From positions 4,635 through 68,634 of the forward strand of contig JBFWOK010000008.1 in NCBI GenBank assembly GCA_050250555.1: DNA of 64,000 nt, given 5' to 3'. The translations under genes were made by a program, and so were the position numbers. Shown here piece by piece: positions 53,328-62,588 of the stretch (position 1 is its first letter; the number at the start of each line of letters is the position of its first letter). This DNA is from Limisphaerales bacterium (lineage in GTDB: Bacteria > Verrucomicrobiota > Verrucomicrobiia > Limisphaerales > CAIMTB01). The notes under the pieces were generated by a model. The model saw only the letters and a program-made list of their open reading frames with translations, ran no database searches and was not told the DNA's origin.

Positions 53328-54062
53328 CTACGGAAAGTAGAACTGAAGGTTGCCGTCCTCGGTCTCCGTCGGGATGTCGTAACCGACGAGCGTTTTCACG
53401 AGGCGGTTGTCGTCGAACAGGTGGACCGATCCGTCGACGAGGGTGACGACTCCCGCATCCGGTCCGTGGCAGGCGCCCTGGCGCCAGTTCGCGGAGCGCG
53501 CGGCGGAGCTGGCCGAGCTGAGGACGAAGCAGTTGATGTTGTCCGGCAGGCCGACGAAATCGAAGCCGTTCATGCTCCGGTCGGTCGCCAGGATGACACG
53601 GGGCCGTTTGTCCTCGGCCTCGTTGCACAGGGCGTAACTGATGTTCGTGAGCGCCAGAACGGCGAAGTTCGTCGCCGCGATGCGGCGCACGTCGCTGGGG
53701 CAAAGGAGAATCCGGGTGGTGGCCAGCTCGTTGGAAACGATGGAGAACTGGAGATTCACCTTGGCATTGTCGGTGCCATTGGGAAGCCCACCGCCCAGGG
53801 CCTGGGCCACCTTCCAGGGGAACTTGTCCTCGTTGCCGTCGGCCCAGAGCCTCAGTCCCAGGCCGATCTGCTTCAGGTTGTTGACGCACGCCGTGCGTTG
53901 GGCCTGGCGCTTCGCGCGTCCCAACGCGGGAAGGAGCATGCTCGCAAGAATCGCAATGATGGCGATGACGACGAGGAGCTCGATCAATGTGAAGCCCCGA
54001 GGCGGAGGACCCGAAGCAGGTGGCGCCAACGGACGACCGCGGACATGCGGGGGGCGGATCAT
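53328..54062 (-). CDS. Prepilin-type N-terminal cleavage/methylation domain protein (DUF1559-like pseudopilin)
   Basis: '[48 protein letters not shown]'. The start is set at the ATG at 54062, which overlaps the upstream gene's stop (ATGA). The longer ORF (to 54713) is an off-frame extension over the upstream gene. Confidence 0.85.
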   Translation of the reverse strand: MIRPPHVRGRPLAPPASGPPPRGFTLIELLVVIAIIAILASMLLPALGRAKRQAQRTACVNNLKQIGLGLRLWADGNEDKFPWKVAQALGGGLPNGTDNAKVNLQFSIVSNELATTRILLCPSDVRRIAATNFAVLALTNISYALCNEAEDKRPRVILATDRSMNGFDFVGLPDNINCFVLSSASSAARSANWRQGACHGPDAGVVTLVDGSVHLFDDNRLVKTLVGYDIPTETEDGNLQFYFP

Positions 54063-56182
54063 GGCGTCAGGGACGCGGAAACCTTGAAGAACCCGCGCGA
54101 GCCGGTCGTGGCATTCGTTCGGAGCATCGAGGTCTCGAAAGCCAGTTCGCTCGGGCTTCCCGAGATACTGTAGGGACCGTTCGCGTCGGGGGCGGCGAGG
54201 ACGCTGTAGTACAGGCCACGCACGACGTTGAATCTCAGCTCCAGATTCCCTTGTTCCATCGGTCTTGCCGTGAGTGTAACCGAGGCATCGGCCACGGATC
54301 CATCGAAGTACTTCTGGGCCAGCGCCCACGCGCTCAGTCCGGCCTCGGAACCCACTCGCCGACCCGAGAAATCGTCGGCGGGAGGGTGAATGCCACCCCA
54401 GATGCGCGACAGTCCCACCTGATCGGCGGCGTCGTAGTAGGAAGCCCATTGAAGTGTCACGGGTTCGGTGGGGCCGAGTTCGTTGATGAGCTTGGGGATG
54501 GTGTACGTGGCCAACCCGCCGGGGAACCACTTGGAACCGGTGAAGGCCGTCATGGCCTCGGCGGCGGAGCGACTGAAGGTGCTGTGGCCCGAAACGTAGC
54601 CGGGAAACGCGGGGGTCACGAAGGTCTTCTTTTGATACGCCATCCAGTCTTCCGCATGAAGCCACCGAACGCCGGCCGTCTGCTCGCTCGGGACGTCGGG
54701 TTCGCCGGGCCAAGAAAGCACGGCGATTTTGCCCGGCGTCAGGCCATCATGGCGACCCGAAGCGACGGTGGCTTCGGTGACGAGCTCGATGAGGTCGGGA
54801 ACCAGCGGCAACCCCTCGGCGGAATAGGACGGCAAGGCCGGATCGCTGCTCTGGCCGCGTCCCCCGCAGTAGCGGATCGCGCCGATGGGCCGCCAGCCGT
54901 TGTAGTAGCGTTTGACGCCCCAGGCCGCGCACGCCGCGTCGTGAAGCGCCGCGTTCAACGTGAAGTAGAGTTTCACATCCCATTCGAGACGTTCGACTTC
55001 GGGCCCACTCCCTCCGATGCGCCACACGGTCATGTCGTCGGAAACGTGATTCGCGATCGAATTCCAGTGGCCTGGCGGGGTCTCCGAGGAGGGACCATCG
55101 GCCCAGAACTCGGTCAGCGCTCGGGTGAAGTCTCCCCGGAGCACCATGTTCGGCGTGTAGGGTTGCCCGGTCACCGGATTGACGGCGTAGCCCTGACCGT
55201 CGTTGGCGCCGAGGGAGTTGTTGCCGATGGACGCGGGTGAGATGTCGATTCGGACGCCATCTTCGGTGGTGAGTTGACTGCTCGCTCGAATGACTTCGAC
55301 CAAGTTCTGCTTGAACTCCGCGTCCGTGGCCGTCCCCAGGAACGGAGGCGGGCCGGGATCGATCCAGGGCTTGTTCTCATCCACGCGACCGAGCGAGAAG
55401 GGGCGCACCCAGAGCCACTGGGCGCCCGCGTACCCCTGGAGCGGGTTCTGCGGAAATCCATTCTGGTCGATCGAATTGGCGACAATCAGTCGTTGCCAGA
55501 CGTTGATGTCCACCACGGTCTGACCGGTTCCGTCGTCGATCCCGTGAAGGAACGGATCCAAGGCGGGGTTGAGGAACGTGTACCGCCTGGGATGACCCAC
55601 CGGATAGTCGGGGTAGGCGATGGGCGGGTTCGCCTGCGGAAACGGCGTGCCGGCTTCCAGCCGGGACCCGTCTCCGAGGAACCAGGCCGAGACCGCGTCG
55701 TAGATCCGGTTGCCGACTCCCGCGGGAGTGGAGGCATCGCGGGTTGTGTTCCCGATGTCGTACCCGAGGGCGGTCATGAAGTTGTCGTTGCCCTCGACCT
55801 GGTTGGTCGCCGTCCGCGAGTAGGCGTGGCGTTCCTTCATGATCCCGTACATCGCATAACTCATCGCCTCCCTGCGGGCGGCGGCGACGTCGGGCGCCGT
55901 GTGCTTGGCCCGGTAGACGTACCCCACGGCCTTCGGGTCATAGGCCGCCCACGCGTCGTACATGCAGACCGAGAAGGTGAAGAGATTCCGCGCATGGCCC
56001 GGAGGATGCGGCGTGTCCATCCGGATGCCTTCGAGCGCGCGCTCGTTCCAGTTCCTGGCGATGGAGTACTCAGGGTTCGGGACGTACCAATTGATCGTCG
56101 CGGCGCGGCCGGGAGAAACCGCGGCAAGGGCAAGGCCCGCGATCAGGGGGCCGACAAAAAAAGGGGCATTTCGATGTCTCAT
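54059..56182 (-). CDS. PAP2-superfamily / vanadium-dependent haloperoxidase-like secreted protein
   Basis: All three PAP2 motifs are present: 'KRYYNGWRP' (Kx6RP), 'YVSGHSTFS' (SGH) and '[13 protein letters not shown]' (SRx5Hx3D). 'PPGHWN' is also present. Signal peptide after '[21 protein letters not shown]' (start at 56182). Confidence 0.8.
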   Translation of the reverse strand: MRHRNAPFFVGPLIAGLALAAVSPGRAATINWYVPNPEYSIARNWNERALEGIRMDTPHPPGHARNLFTFSVCMYDAWAAYDPKAVGYVYRAKHTAPDVAAARREAMSYAMYGIMKERHAYSRTATNQVEGNDNFMTALGYDIGNTTRDASTPAGVGNRIYDAVSAWFLGDGSRLEAGTPFPQANPPIAYPDYPVGHPRRYTFLNPALDPFLHGIDDGTGQTVVDINVWQRLIVANSIDQNGFPQNPLQGYAGAQWLWVRPFSLGRVDENKPWIDPGPPPFLGTATDAEFKQNLVEVIRASSQLTTEDGVRIDISPASIGNNSLGANDGQGYAVNPVTGQPYTPNMVLRGDFTRALTEFWADGPSSETPPGHWNSIANHVSDDMTVWRIGGSGPEVERLEWDVKLYFTLNAALHDAACAAWGVKRYYNGWRPIGAIRYCGGRGQSSDPALPSYSAEGLPLVPDLIELVTEATVASGRHDGLTPGKIAVLSWPGEPDVPSEQTAGVRWLHAEDWMAYQKKTFVTPAFPGYVSGHSTFSRSAAEAMTAFTGSKWFPGGLATYTIPKLINELGPTEPVTLQWASYYDAADQVGLSRIWGGIHPPADDFSGRRVGSEAGLSAWALAQKYFDGSVADASVTLTARPMEQGNLELRFNVVRGLYYSVLAAPDANGPYSISGSPSELAFETSMLRTNATTGSRGFFKVSASLTP

Positions 56183-56415
56183 GGGCTTTTTAAATCCGGC
56201 GCATAAGACAGGCAAACAGGGGTCCGTCACCAACGAACAGGGGCGATCTGCCGGATTCCGAGGGCGGATCGCCGGGTTCTAGGGGCGAATGGGTGGTTGC
56301 CTTGCCGTCGGCGGTTCGACTCGAGGAGAAGGCGGTTCTGGAAATGTCCTGGCAAGGCTGGGTGCGCCGCTGCTGGGGCCCTGCCTGACGAATCCAAGGT
56401 GGATCCGGCGCGACT

Positions 56416-59400
56416 ATGAAGGTCGATTCTGACATGCTGGACGCCGCCGTGGGCGAATCCGAACACAACCCGGATCCTGATCGCAGGGCTTGTCCGAAAT
56501 GCGGGAGTCCCCTTGGCCGCCGGGCCGCCGAAGGGCTTTGCCTGAAGTGCCTGCTCCAACACACGTTTCCAGATCAGGCGCGGCCCGAAGTGGGAGAGGA
56601 TTTCGGCGAGTACCTAATTCACAGGCGTCTTGGCCAGGGGGGGATGGGGTCCGTCTACGAGGCCGAGCATCGCGAAAGCGGGCGGCGGGTCGCCCTCAAG
56701 GTGATTCGTCGGGAACTACCCTCGGAAGCGGATCGAGCGCGCTTTCTGCGCGAGGGGCAACTCGCCGCTTCAGTCAATCATCCCAACCTGGTGTATGTCT
56801 ACGGGAGCGACGAGATTGAGGGGCACGGGGTGATCCTCATGGAGTTGGTCCCTGGAGGCACACTGCACGATCGGCTCAAGTCCCAGGGGCCTTTTGCGGT
56901 ATCCCACGCCGCCGATATCATCCTTCAGATCATTGACGGGCTGCAGGCGCTTCATTCGGTGGGTCTGCTCCACCGAGACCTCAAGCCGGCGAACTGTTTT
57001 GTCGGCGAAGATGGGTCGGTCAAAATAGGTGACTTCGGGCTTTCGACTCGGATCGGCGGGATGGACCTTCCCGGCGCCACCGTCATCCCCGGCCTCCACT
57101 CGCTATCGGAGTCGACCGCGGGAGCGCTTGTCGACACAGCGCCGGGGAAGCCCTTGGGCACCCAGGCTTACGCCTCGCCGGAGCAGTGGCGGGGTGACCC
57201 GGATCTCGATGTCCGCACGGATATTTTCGCGGTTGGCGCGATCCTCTTCGAGTTGATCGTGGGCCGGCGGGCCGAAAGGAAGGGCACGGCCATCACGCTC
57301 ATCCCGAAAACGGTTCCGCCGCCGCTCGCCAGGGTCCTAGAACGTTGCATGGCGTTCGATCGCCCAGATCGATTCGAAAGCTGCGCCTCATTGCGCAGCG
57401 CGCTGATCCCGTTTCTGGAGGTCGACCGACCTCCAGCGGGACTCGCACCCCGGCTAATGGCGGGCGCGATTGATATCATCCTTGGGTTCGTCGCCCTTCA
57501 GATGATCACCCGGGAGAGCCTGAATCCTCCTCAATGGCTGCTAGCAAACATCCACCGGGAATCGGGCTCGATCGGATCCCTCACGGTGGCCGCCTTGCTG
57601 ATTCTCGCCTGGGCCACGTTCGAGCGTCTCACGGAATGCACTCCCGGAAAATGGCTGCTCGGACTGAGAACGACTTCCGCGCTCGGACAACCTCCCTCGT
57701 TCATCGCGTTGATCACCCGCTCCGTCGTGTTTTTTGCCCCGGTGATCCTTCTCCCGATGGTCGTTCTGCCAAGGGAATTCACAGCCCAGTACCGTGGCGA
57801 GGGGCGCCTCGGACCCGTGTACGCTGTCTTGGGGATCTTCTTGGCGACACTTGCCGCGCTCCATTCCACGATGAGGAAAGGGAACGGATACGCCGCCATT
57901 CAGGACCTTCTGAGTGGAACAAGGGTGCGGAAGACCGGAAAAGCCCGACGACCGAGAACCGAGGCGACCCGGGCGCCGGCACGTCCTCCGTCAACCCGGG
58001 CAGACGCGCCTCGAATCGGACCCTATCGACTTGTCGGGCCGCTGTGGGAGAACGCCAACGAATCCCTGTGGGAGGGCTTCGATGATGTGCTCTTCCGAAC
58101 CGTTTGGATCCATCGGATCTTTCCACCGACTCCGATGGTTCCAGAACGTCGACGAACCATCGGCCGACCCGGCCGGCCGCGGTGGCTCTCGGGGCGTCGC
58201 GCTTCCGGCGATGCCTGGGATGCCTTTGAGGCCTTCGACGGCGAACCATTCCTGGCCTGCCGGTCATCTCCCAGGCCCTGGGCCGTCGTCCGCCATTGGG
58301 TCCACGACCTCGCGGTCGAGTATCGGGCCGGTCTCATAGCCGGGGATCTTCCGGCGGTCGTCGACGAATCCCGAATCTGGCTTGCCCGGGGAGGTCGCAT
58401 TCTCCTGGTCGACTTCCCAGCACCGAACGCCGTGACCGGCCTTTCCTCCGGTGCGGCCCAAGCAGCGACCCCCCCAAGCCTCGAGGCCATGCAGGCATTC
58501 CTGGGGCGGGTGATCGAGATATCCCTCGACGTTTCCGGTGGGCCCCTCGGCCGATCCATTCAGGAGCTCCGGCGCCGGCTCCGGAAAGGATCGTTCCCGT
58601 CCGCTGATGCCCTGGTTGAGGCGCTCGGGTCCCTCCTCGAACGCGCACCGGCCTTGAGCCGCCGGAGGAGACTCGTGAGCCTCCTGGCCGTGCCATCCAC
58701 CCTGGCGGTCGTGGGTTGGCTCTTCGCCGCCGCCACGGTCATCGGTGACCGAAACACGAACGACGGCCTCAAGGAGGTTTCGCCCGCCGCTCCCACCCTG
58801 AGAGACCTGCTCGAGGGGCGGAAGCTGATCGACCCGAACCTTGGCCAGCAACAAGGGAGTGACGTGAATCGCCTCCGAGGGCTGGTTGACCTACGACTTG
58901 CGGGCGAATTCAACTCATGGATCGGCCGGGAAGACTTTTGGAAACGGATCCCAGACGGGCAAACCGCCACGTTCAGATCCTACGTCACTGCCGCCGTCGC
59001 CGAGTTCCCGGATCCAAGCGACTCCGAATTGGCCCGGGCCTCCCAGGAAACCGGCGAATTCGTTTCCTACTTCGCTTACGACACCGGTCTCTTCCATCGC
59101 GCCGGGCCGTGGTTCTCGACCCGCGCCTTCTGGCAGGCCGCGCAGCCGATCTACCTGGGTTTGATCGTTGCCCTGTTGGTGGAGTTCATCTGGATCCTCA
59201 TTCGGGGCGAATCGTTTCTCCTGGCACGATTCGGCATCGCCGTCGTCTCGGCTTCGGGTTCCTCAGCCTCCCGGTTCCAACTCCTCGTTCGCGCGGGCCT
59301 GGGGGCCGCGACCGTCGTCCTGCTCATCCTGGTCTCAGCCCACCTTCTCTCCTTTCCCGTGCCGTCAGGGGATCCCAACGACATCTCCGCGCACGCGGTT

Positions 59401-59508
59401 GATCGGGTGCTCGCCGGATTGTTGGCCGCCGTTCTCCTGCTCTGCCTTTATCCCTATTCCCGAAGTCCACAGGACCGAATCGCTCGAACCTACCTGGTGC
59501 TGGACTGA
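56416..59508 (+). CDS. Ser/Thr protein kinase with N-terminal zinc ribbon, RDD-like membrane domain and a large C-terminal membrane-anchored region
   Basis: 'CPKCGSPL...CLKCLL'. Kinase motifs 'LGQGGMGSVYEA', 'VALKVI', 'HRDLKPANCF', 'DFGLS' and 'YASPEQ'. RDD-like 'RLMAGAIDIILGFVALQMI'. Several TM helices. Confidence 0.9.
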   Translation: MKVDSDMLDAAVGESEHNPDPDRRACPKCGSPLGRRAAEGLCLKCLLQHTFPDQARPEVGEDFGEYLIHRRLGQGGMGSVYEAEHRESGRRVALKVIRRELPSEADRARFLREGQLAASVNHPNLVYVYGSDEIEGHGVILMELVPGGTLHDRLKSQGPFAVSHAADIILQIIDGLQALHSVGLLHRDLKPANCFVGEDGSVKIGDFGLSTRIGGMDLPGATVIPGLHSLSESTAGALVDTAPGKPLGTQAYASPEQWRGDPDLDVRTDIFAVGAILFELIVGRRAERKGTAITLIPKTVPPPLARVLERCMAFDRPDRFESCASLRSALIPFLEVDRPPAGLAPRLMAGAIDIILGFVALQMITRESLNPPQWLLANIHRESGSIGSLTVAALLILAWATFERLTECTPGKWLLGLRTTSALGQPPSFIALITRSVVFFAPVILLPMVVLPREFTAQYRGEGRLGPVYAVLGIFLATLAALHSTMRKGNGYAAIQDLLSGTRVRKTGKARRPRTEATRAPARPPSTRADAPRIGPYRLVGPLWENANESLWEGFDDVLFRTVWIHRIFPPTPMVPERRRTIGRPGRPRWLSGRRASGDAWDAFEAFDGEPFLACRSSPRPWAVVRHWVHDLAVEYRAGLIAGDLPAVVDESRIWLARGGRILLVDFPAPNAVTGLSSGAAQAATPPSLEAMQAFLGRVIEISLDVSGGPLGRSIQELRRRLRKGSFPSADALVEALGSLLERAPALSRRRRLVSLLAVPSTLAVVGWLFAAATVIGDRNTNDGLKEVSPAAPTLRDLLEGRKLIDPNLGQQQGSDVNRLRGLVDLRLAGEFNSWIGREDFWKRIPDGQTATFRSYVTAAVAEFPDPSDSELARASQETGEFVSYFAYDTGLFHRAGPWFSTRAFWQAAQPIYLGLIVALLVEFIWILIRGESFLLARFGIAVVSASGSSASRFQLLVRAGLGAATVVLLILVSAHLLSFPVPSGDPNDISAHAVDRVLAGLLAAVLLLCLYPYSRSPQDRIARTYLVLD

Positions 59509-59648
59509 ACTGTCTCCGAGTCAGATCGCCGGGCGGTCCAGCGCTTTGGCCTCGAAACGGCGGTATCAACGACTGAAAACACGGAACACACCGAAGGGGA
59601 GCGAGCAGGAGAGGCGGTGCGTATGCTCCTGGGGTGACCGGTTTTCTC

Positions 59649-60362
59649 TCAAGAACTCGGTCTCACTTTCTGTCCACCACTTTCTCCGTGGTTGCCGCCG
59701 CGGCTTTTGGGTTCGCGCCTTGGGCTCCGTCCCACCACAGCGCACATTCCCGCGAGGACGCCCGCTTCCAACAGGAGACTGTGGGAGTCCGGGATGCAGA
59801 CGGCCGCCGGAATCGAGAACAGGAATTCGGTCAGAGAAAGGCTCGAAGCAGGATGGAGGGTCGTGACTCCGGTCCCGCCGTCGAGAGTCACGACAAAGTC
59901 ATTGGAGCTGGCCTCGATGATGAACGAAAGCGGTTCCGGGTCGCAGTCGCAGGGCCGAAAGTCGACGAAGAAAACATCCACGGGACCCGATGGCGGGGGA
60001 TCAATCGACGAGACTCCCGCGACGTCCCGTATGATTCCCGCGGCGAGCGAGCCCAGGTCCGGCGGCGTTACTTCGACGTAGGGGGACACATAGTCCAGAT
60101 CAACGAATTGCACCCGGGTCGCGTCGAACCGCACGTCCAGATGGAATTCCTGAATTCCTTCGGGATCCACGAACCACCGGAACGTCCACCACCCGGACGG
60201 GCTTTGGGAGGCGACCAGCCGAAACGTAAAGTACGGCACGCCTCCGAACCCAAGGCCGATCGCACGCGAGGACGGGGCCCACGCCAATACCAGCCACGCG
60301 CCCAATCCCAAGCCAAGCCTAGCCATCCATCGCGACACCCAATCACGCTGCCACTCGTTCAT
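59649..60362 (-). CDS. Hypothetical secreted protein, possibly with a PEP-CTERM-like C-terminal anchor
   Basis: N-terminal signal/TM 'LGLGLGAWLVLAWAPSS'. C-terminal 'IPDSHSLLLEAGVLAGMCAVVGRSPRR' loosely resembles PEP-CTERM. It lies directly downstream of the ECF sigma gene. Confidence 0.4.
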   Translation of the reverse strand: MNEWQRDWVSRWMARLGLGLGAWLVLAWAPSSRAIGLGFGGVPYFTFRLVASQSPSGWWTFRWFVDPEGIQEFHLDVRFDATRVQFVDLDYVSPYVEVTPPDLGSLAAGIIRDVAGVSSIDPPPSGPVDVFFVDFRPCDCDPEPLSFIIEASSNDFVVTLDGGTGVTTLHPASSLSLTEFLFSIPAAVCIPDSHSLLLEAGVLAGMCAVVGRSPRREPKSRGGNHGESGGQKVRPSS

Positions 60363-60426
60363 AAGGATACCTCCGAATCATCCAGGCTGAGAATTGATCG
60401 CGGGCCACGCGCGGCTCGCGCCCTTG

Positions 60427-61161
60427 TCATGCTGAGAGCAGGACCTCCTTGAGATAGGCCAATTCGCCTTCGACATCCTCGGGGTTCTCGACGGTACGCT
60501 CGATCTCGGATCGGAGCGCTTCCCGGAATTCACGCCGAAGCCGATGCAATCGTACGGATACCGCGTTGGGTTCGATCTCCAATCTGGCGGCGACCGCCCG
60601 GTAGCGATCATGGTCGACGGGCTGGTCGAGCAATGGTCGAAGCTCCCGAAAGATCACCGCCTTTTCGGAAGCCACGTAGCGGCTCTCAAGCCTTCGAATC
60701 GCCTCCGAAAACACTTCCACCGCCCACTGGCGGTCATAAACCGCCGACTCGGACCGCCCGTCCGACGCACCGCACAACGCCTCCTCGTCGCCGGGTAGCA
60801 CGTCCTCGAGCGCAACGAAAAAACTCCCGCCACCCCGCTTCAAGGCGTGGGCTTTGACCCAGTCCGATTGGATGTACCTGTCGAAGGATTTACGAAGGAA
60901 GCTCCGGAACCGACCCCGGTCGGGATCCGCGGCTCCCAGCGCGCCTTTTTCCACGAAATGGGCGAGGAACCCCTGTACCAGATCCTCCGCCTCGTGCCTG
61001 TCCTTCCCTCTTCGGCGAGCGAACACATAGAGGGGGCGCCAATAACTTCCGCAGAGCGCCTCCAAAGCGGCGGCGGAATCCACCGAACTGGCATCACCCG
61101 CCTTCAAAACAACGCTCCAATGCGTCGTGGCGAATTGGCTCGCTGAGTTCTCACCCACCAT
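60427..61161 (-). CDS. ECF-type sigma-70 family RNA polymerase sigma factor
   Basis: Starts at the ATG at 61161 ('MVGENSASQFATTHWSVVLKAG...ALEALCGSYWRPLYVFARRRGKDRHEAEDLVQGFL'). The C-terminal region-4-like segment is 'AVAARLEIEPNAVSVRLHRLRREFREALR'. Confidence 0.8.
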   Translation of the reverse strand: MVGENSASQFATTHWSVVLKAGDASSVDSAAALEALCGSYWRPLYVFARRRGKDRHEAEDLVQGFLAHFVEKGALGAADPDRGRFRSFLRKSFDRYIQSDWVKAHALKRGGGSFFVALEDVLPGDEEALCGASDGRSESAVYDRQWAVEVFSEAIRRLESRYVASEKAVIFRELRPLLDQPVDHDRYRAVAARLEIEPNAVSVRLHRLRREFREALRSEIERTVENPEDVEGELAYLKEVLLSA

Positions 61162-61368
61162 GGGGCCTTCCTTTTCGGAACTCTCCCGATTCCTGATTCG
61201 GTGAAGGTCAGGTCGGGATCTAACGAAACCCCCACCCCTTCCACTCATCCTTGAACGGCCGACATCGGACTCGTCGCGAGAAACCAGCATTTCGGTCCCC
61301 GACGATTCGCGATTCCGCAATGCCGACCCAGCGCATGCCCGGGTGTCTACAGAAATTACTTAGGCGAA

Positions 61369-61969
61369 TCAAGCAATTCCTTTCTGAGGCTTACCCTGGA
61401 TCGTCTCCGCTTCCTCGGCGGGCGTGACCGGGCGGACTCCGGAACGGCCATACCGGCGGCAGGTCAGGAACAAAGCGGCGAAGGCCAACCCAAGGTCGGC
61501 GTTCAGGGGGCATCCCATTGCGTCGGGAAGACAAACGCATCCCGGGATCTTCCTCGTGTCGACGATACCAGCGAAAAGCTGGGTGATCACCGTCAGATTC
61601 CAGTCCTCAACGACGACGCTGTTGCCGAAACTACCGTCGATAAAGAATTGTATCTTACCGTTCAAGGTATCCTTCAGATAATAGTTCGCGAAATCCACTT
61701 CCCTGCACTCCGGCACTGTCAGGTGGTACGTCTCCTTCGAGGTGGTCATCGTCGAGATTATCTCCCCAATCTGAGATGATGCTCCGTACGAGGTTCCGAT
61801 CTTCGATCAGTTTGGAGTCATCGGAGAACCAATTGTCCTCCGGCGAAGCAAACGGACCGTACAAGGTGACAGGAACTCCGAAGCCGCGTGAGGCGGCAAG
61901 CAATGTCGCCGCGATCGCCATCACTCGCTTGAGACGAGCACTTAGCATGGGACTCGAATGATTATTCAT
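61369..61969 (-). other. Two overlapping small ORFs (61655-61969 and 61369-61749) in a lower-GC patch: either one frameshifted secreted-protein gene or two genes
   Basis: The upstream ORF has a signal peptide ('RVMAIAATLLAASRGFG'). The downstream ORF ends with a hydrophobic+RR tail ('LGLAFAALFLTCRRYGRSG'). They overlap by 95 nt in different frames. Confidence 0.3.
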
Positions 61970-62131
61970 GTTGCACAGGTATTCAGGGTTTTGAACTTGG
62001 CGGCCAAGGATCCTCCTTACCTCGCGCGGATACCTCTCGGTGAATCCGCGTCAATGTGGGTCGAGTCCGGATCCCTCAGGTTCGTGAGCCTCCCTGCCGT
62101 CAAGGTGTACTACCAAAATGCGATGCACTGA

Positions 62132-62398
62132 TTACATCGAGACCAGGTTCGACTTTGAGTCGGGCGGCGCGAATGTGGCTGAAGGCAGGGATATCCGCAA
62201 CGCGGCGGGAGCGCTCCCCTCAAGTAGGGGATCCCGACCCGCCCATAGTCGCTGACGAAGGGTGTCCAGGCCGGGAGTTCTGCCGAGGTTCGCAACGACG
62301 CGTTGGTGTGGCACCTTACGCGTAAGGTGCGTCCCGACCAGGCTCCAGTACTCGTTACCTTCGCCGTCGACTCCGCGACCTTTGGGACCCAGGAACAT
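62132..62398 (-). pseudogene. Possible N-terminal remnant of an IS1634/IS4-like transposase
   Basis: 'GNEYWSLVGTHLTRKVPHQRVVANLGR' resembles the conserved N-terminal 'YW.LVES.R...K..QRVV..LG' block of IS1634-type transposases. Only ~88 aa remain and no catalytic domain follows. Confidence 0.3.
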
Positions 62399-62588
62399 GC
62401 TCGGAGCCTACGTCACGGCCCAGAAGCTCGATAACGGGGTCTTCGCCACAAGGCTGTCGGCGCAACCGAATTGTCCAACCCAACCCCTTGAGCGGCGGCG
62501 TCCTGATACATCCCACGGGCAGGATCGCTCCCAAATCGTCAATACTCCGCGTTCACACCGACGAACTTTGGCTGATTCCCCGGTTTGA

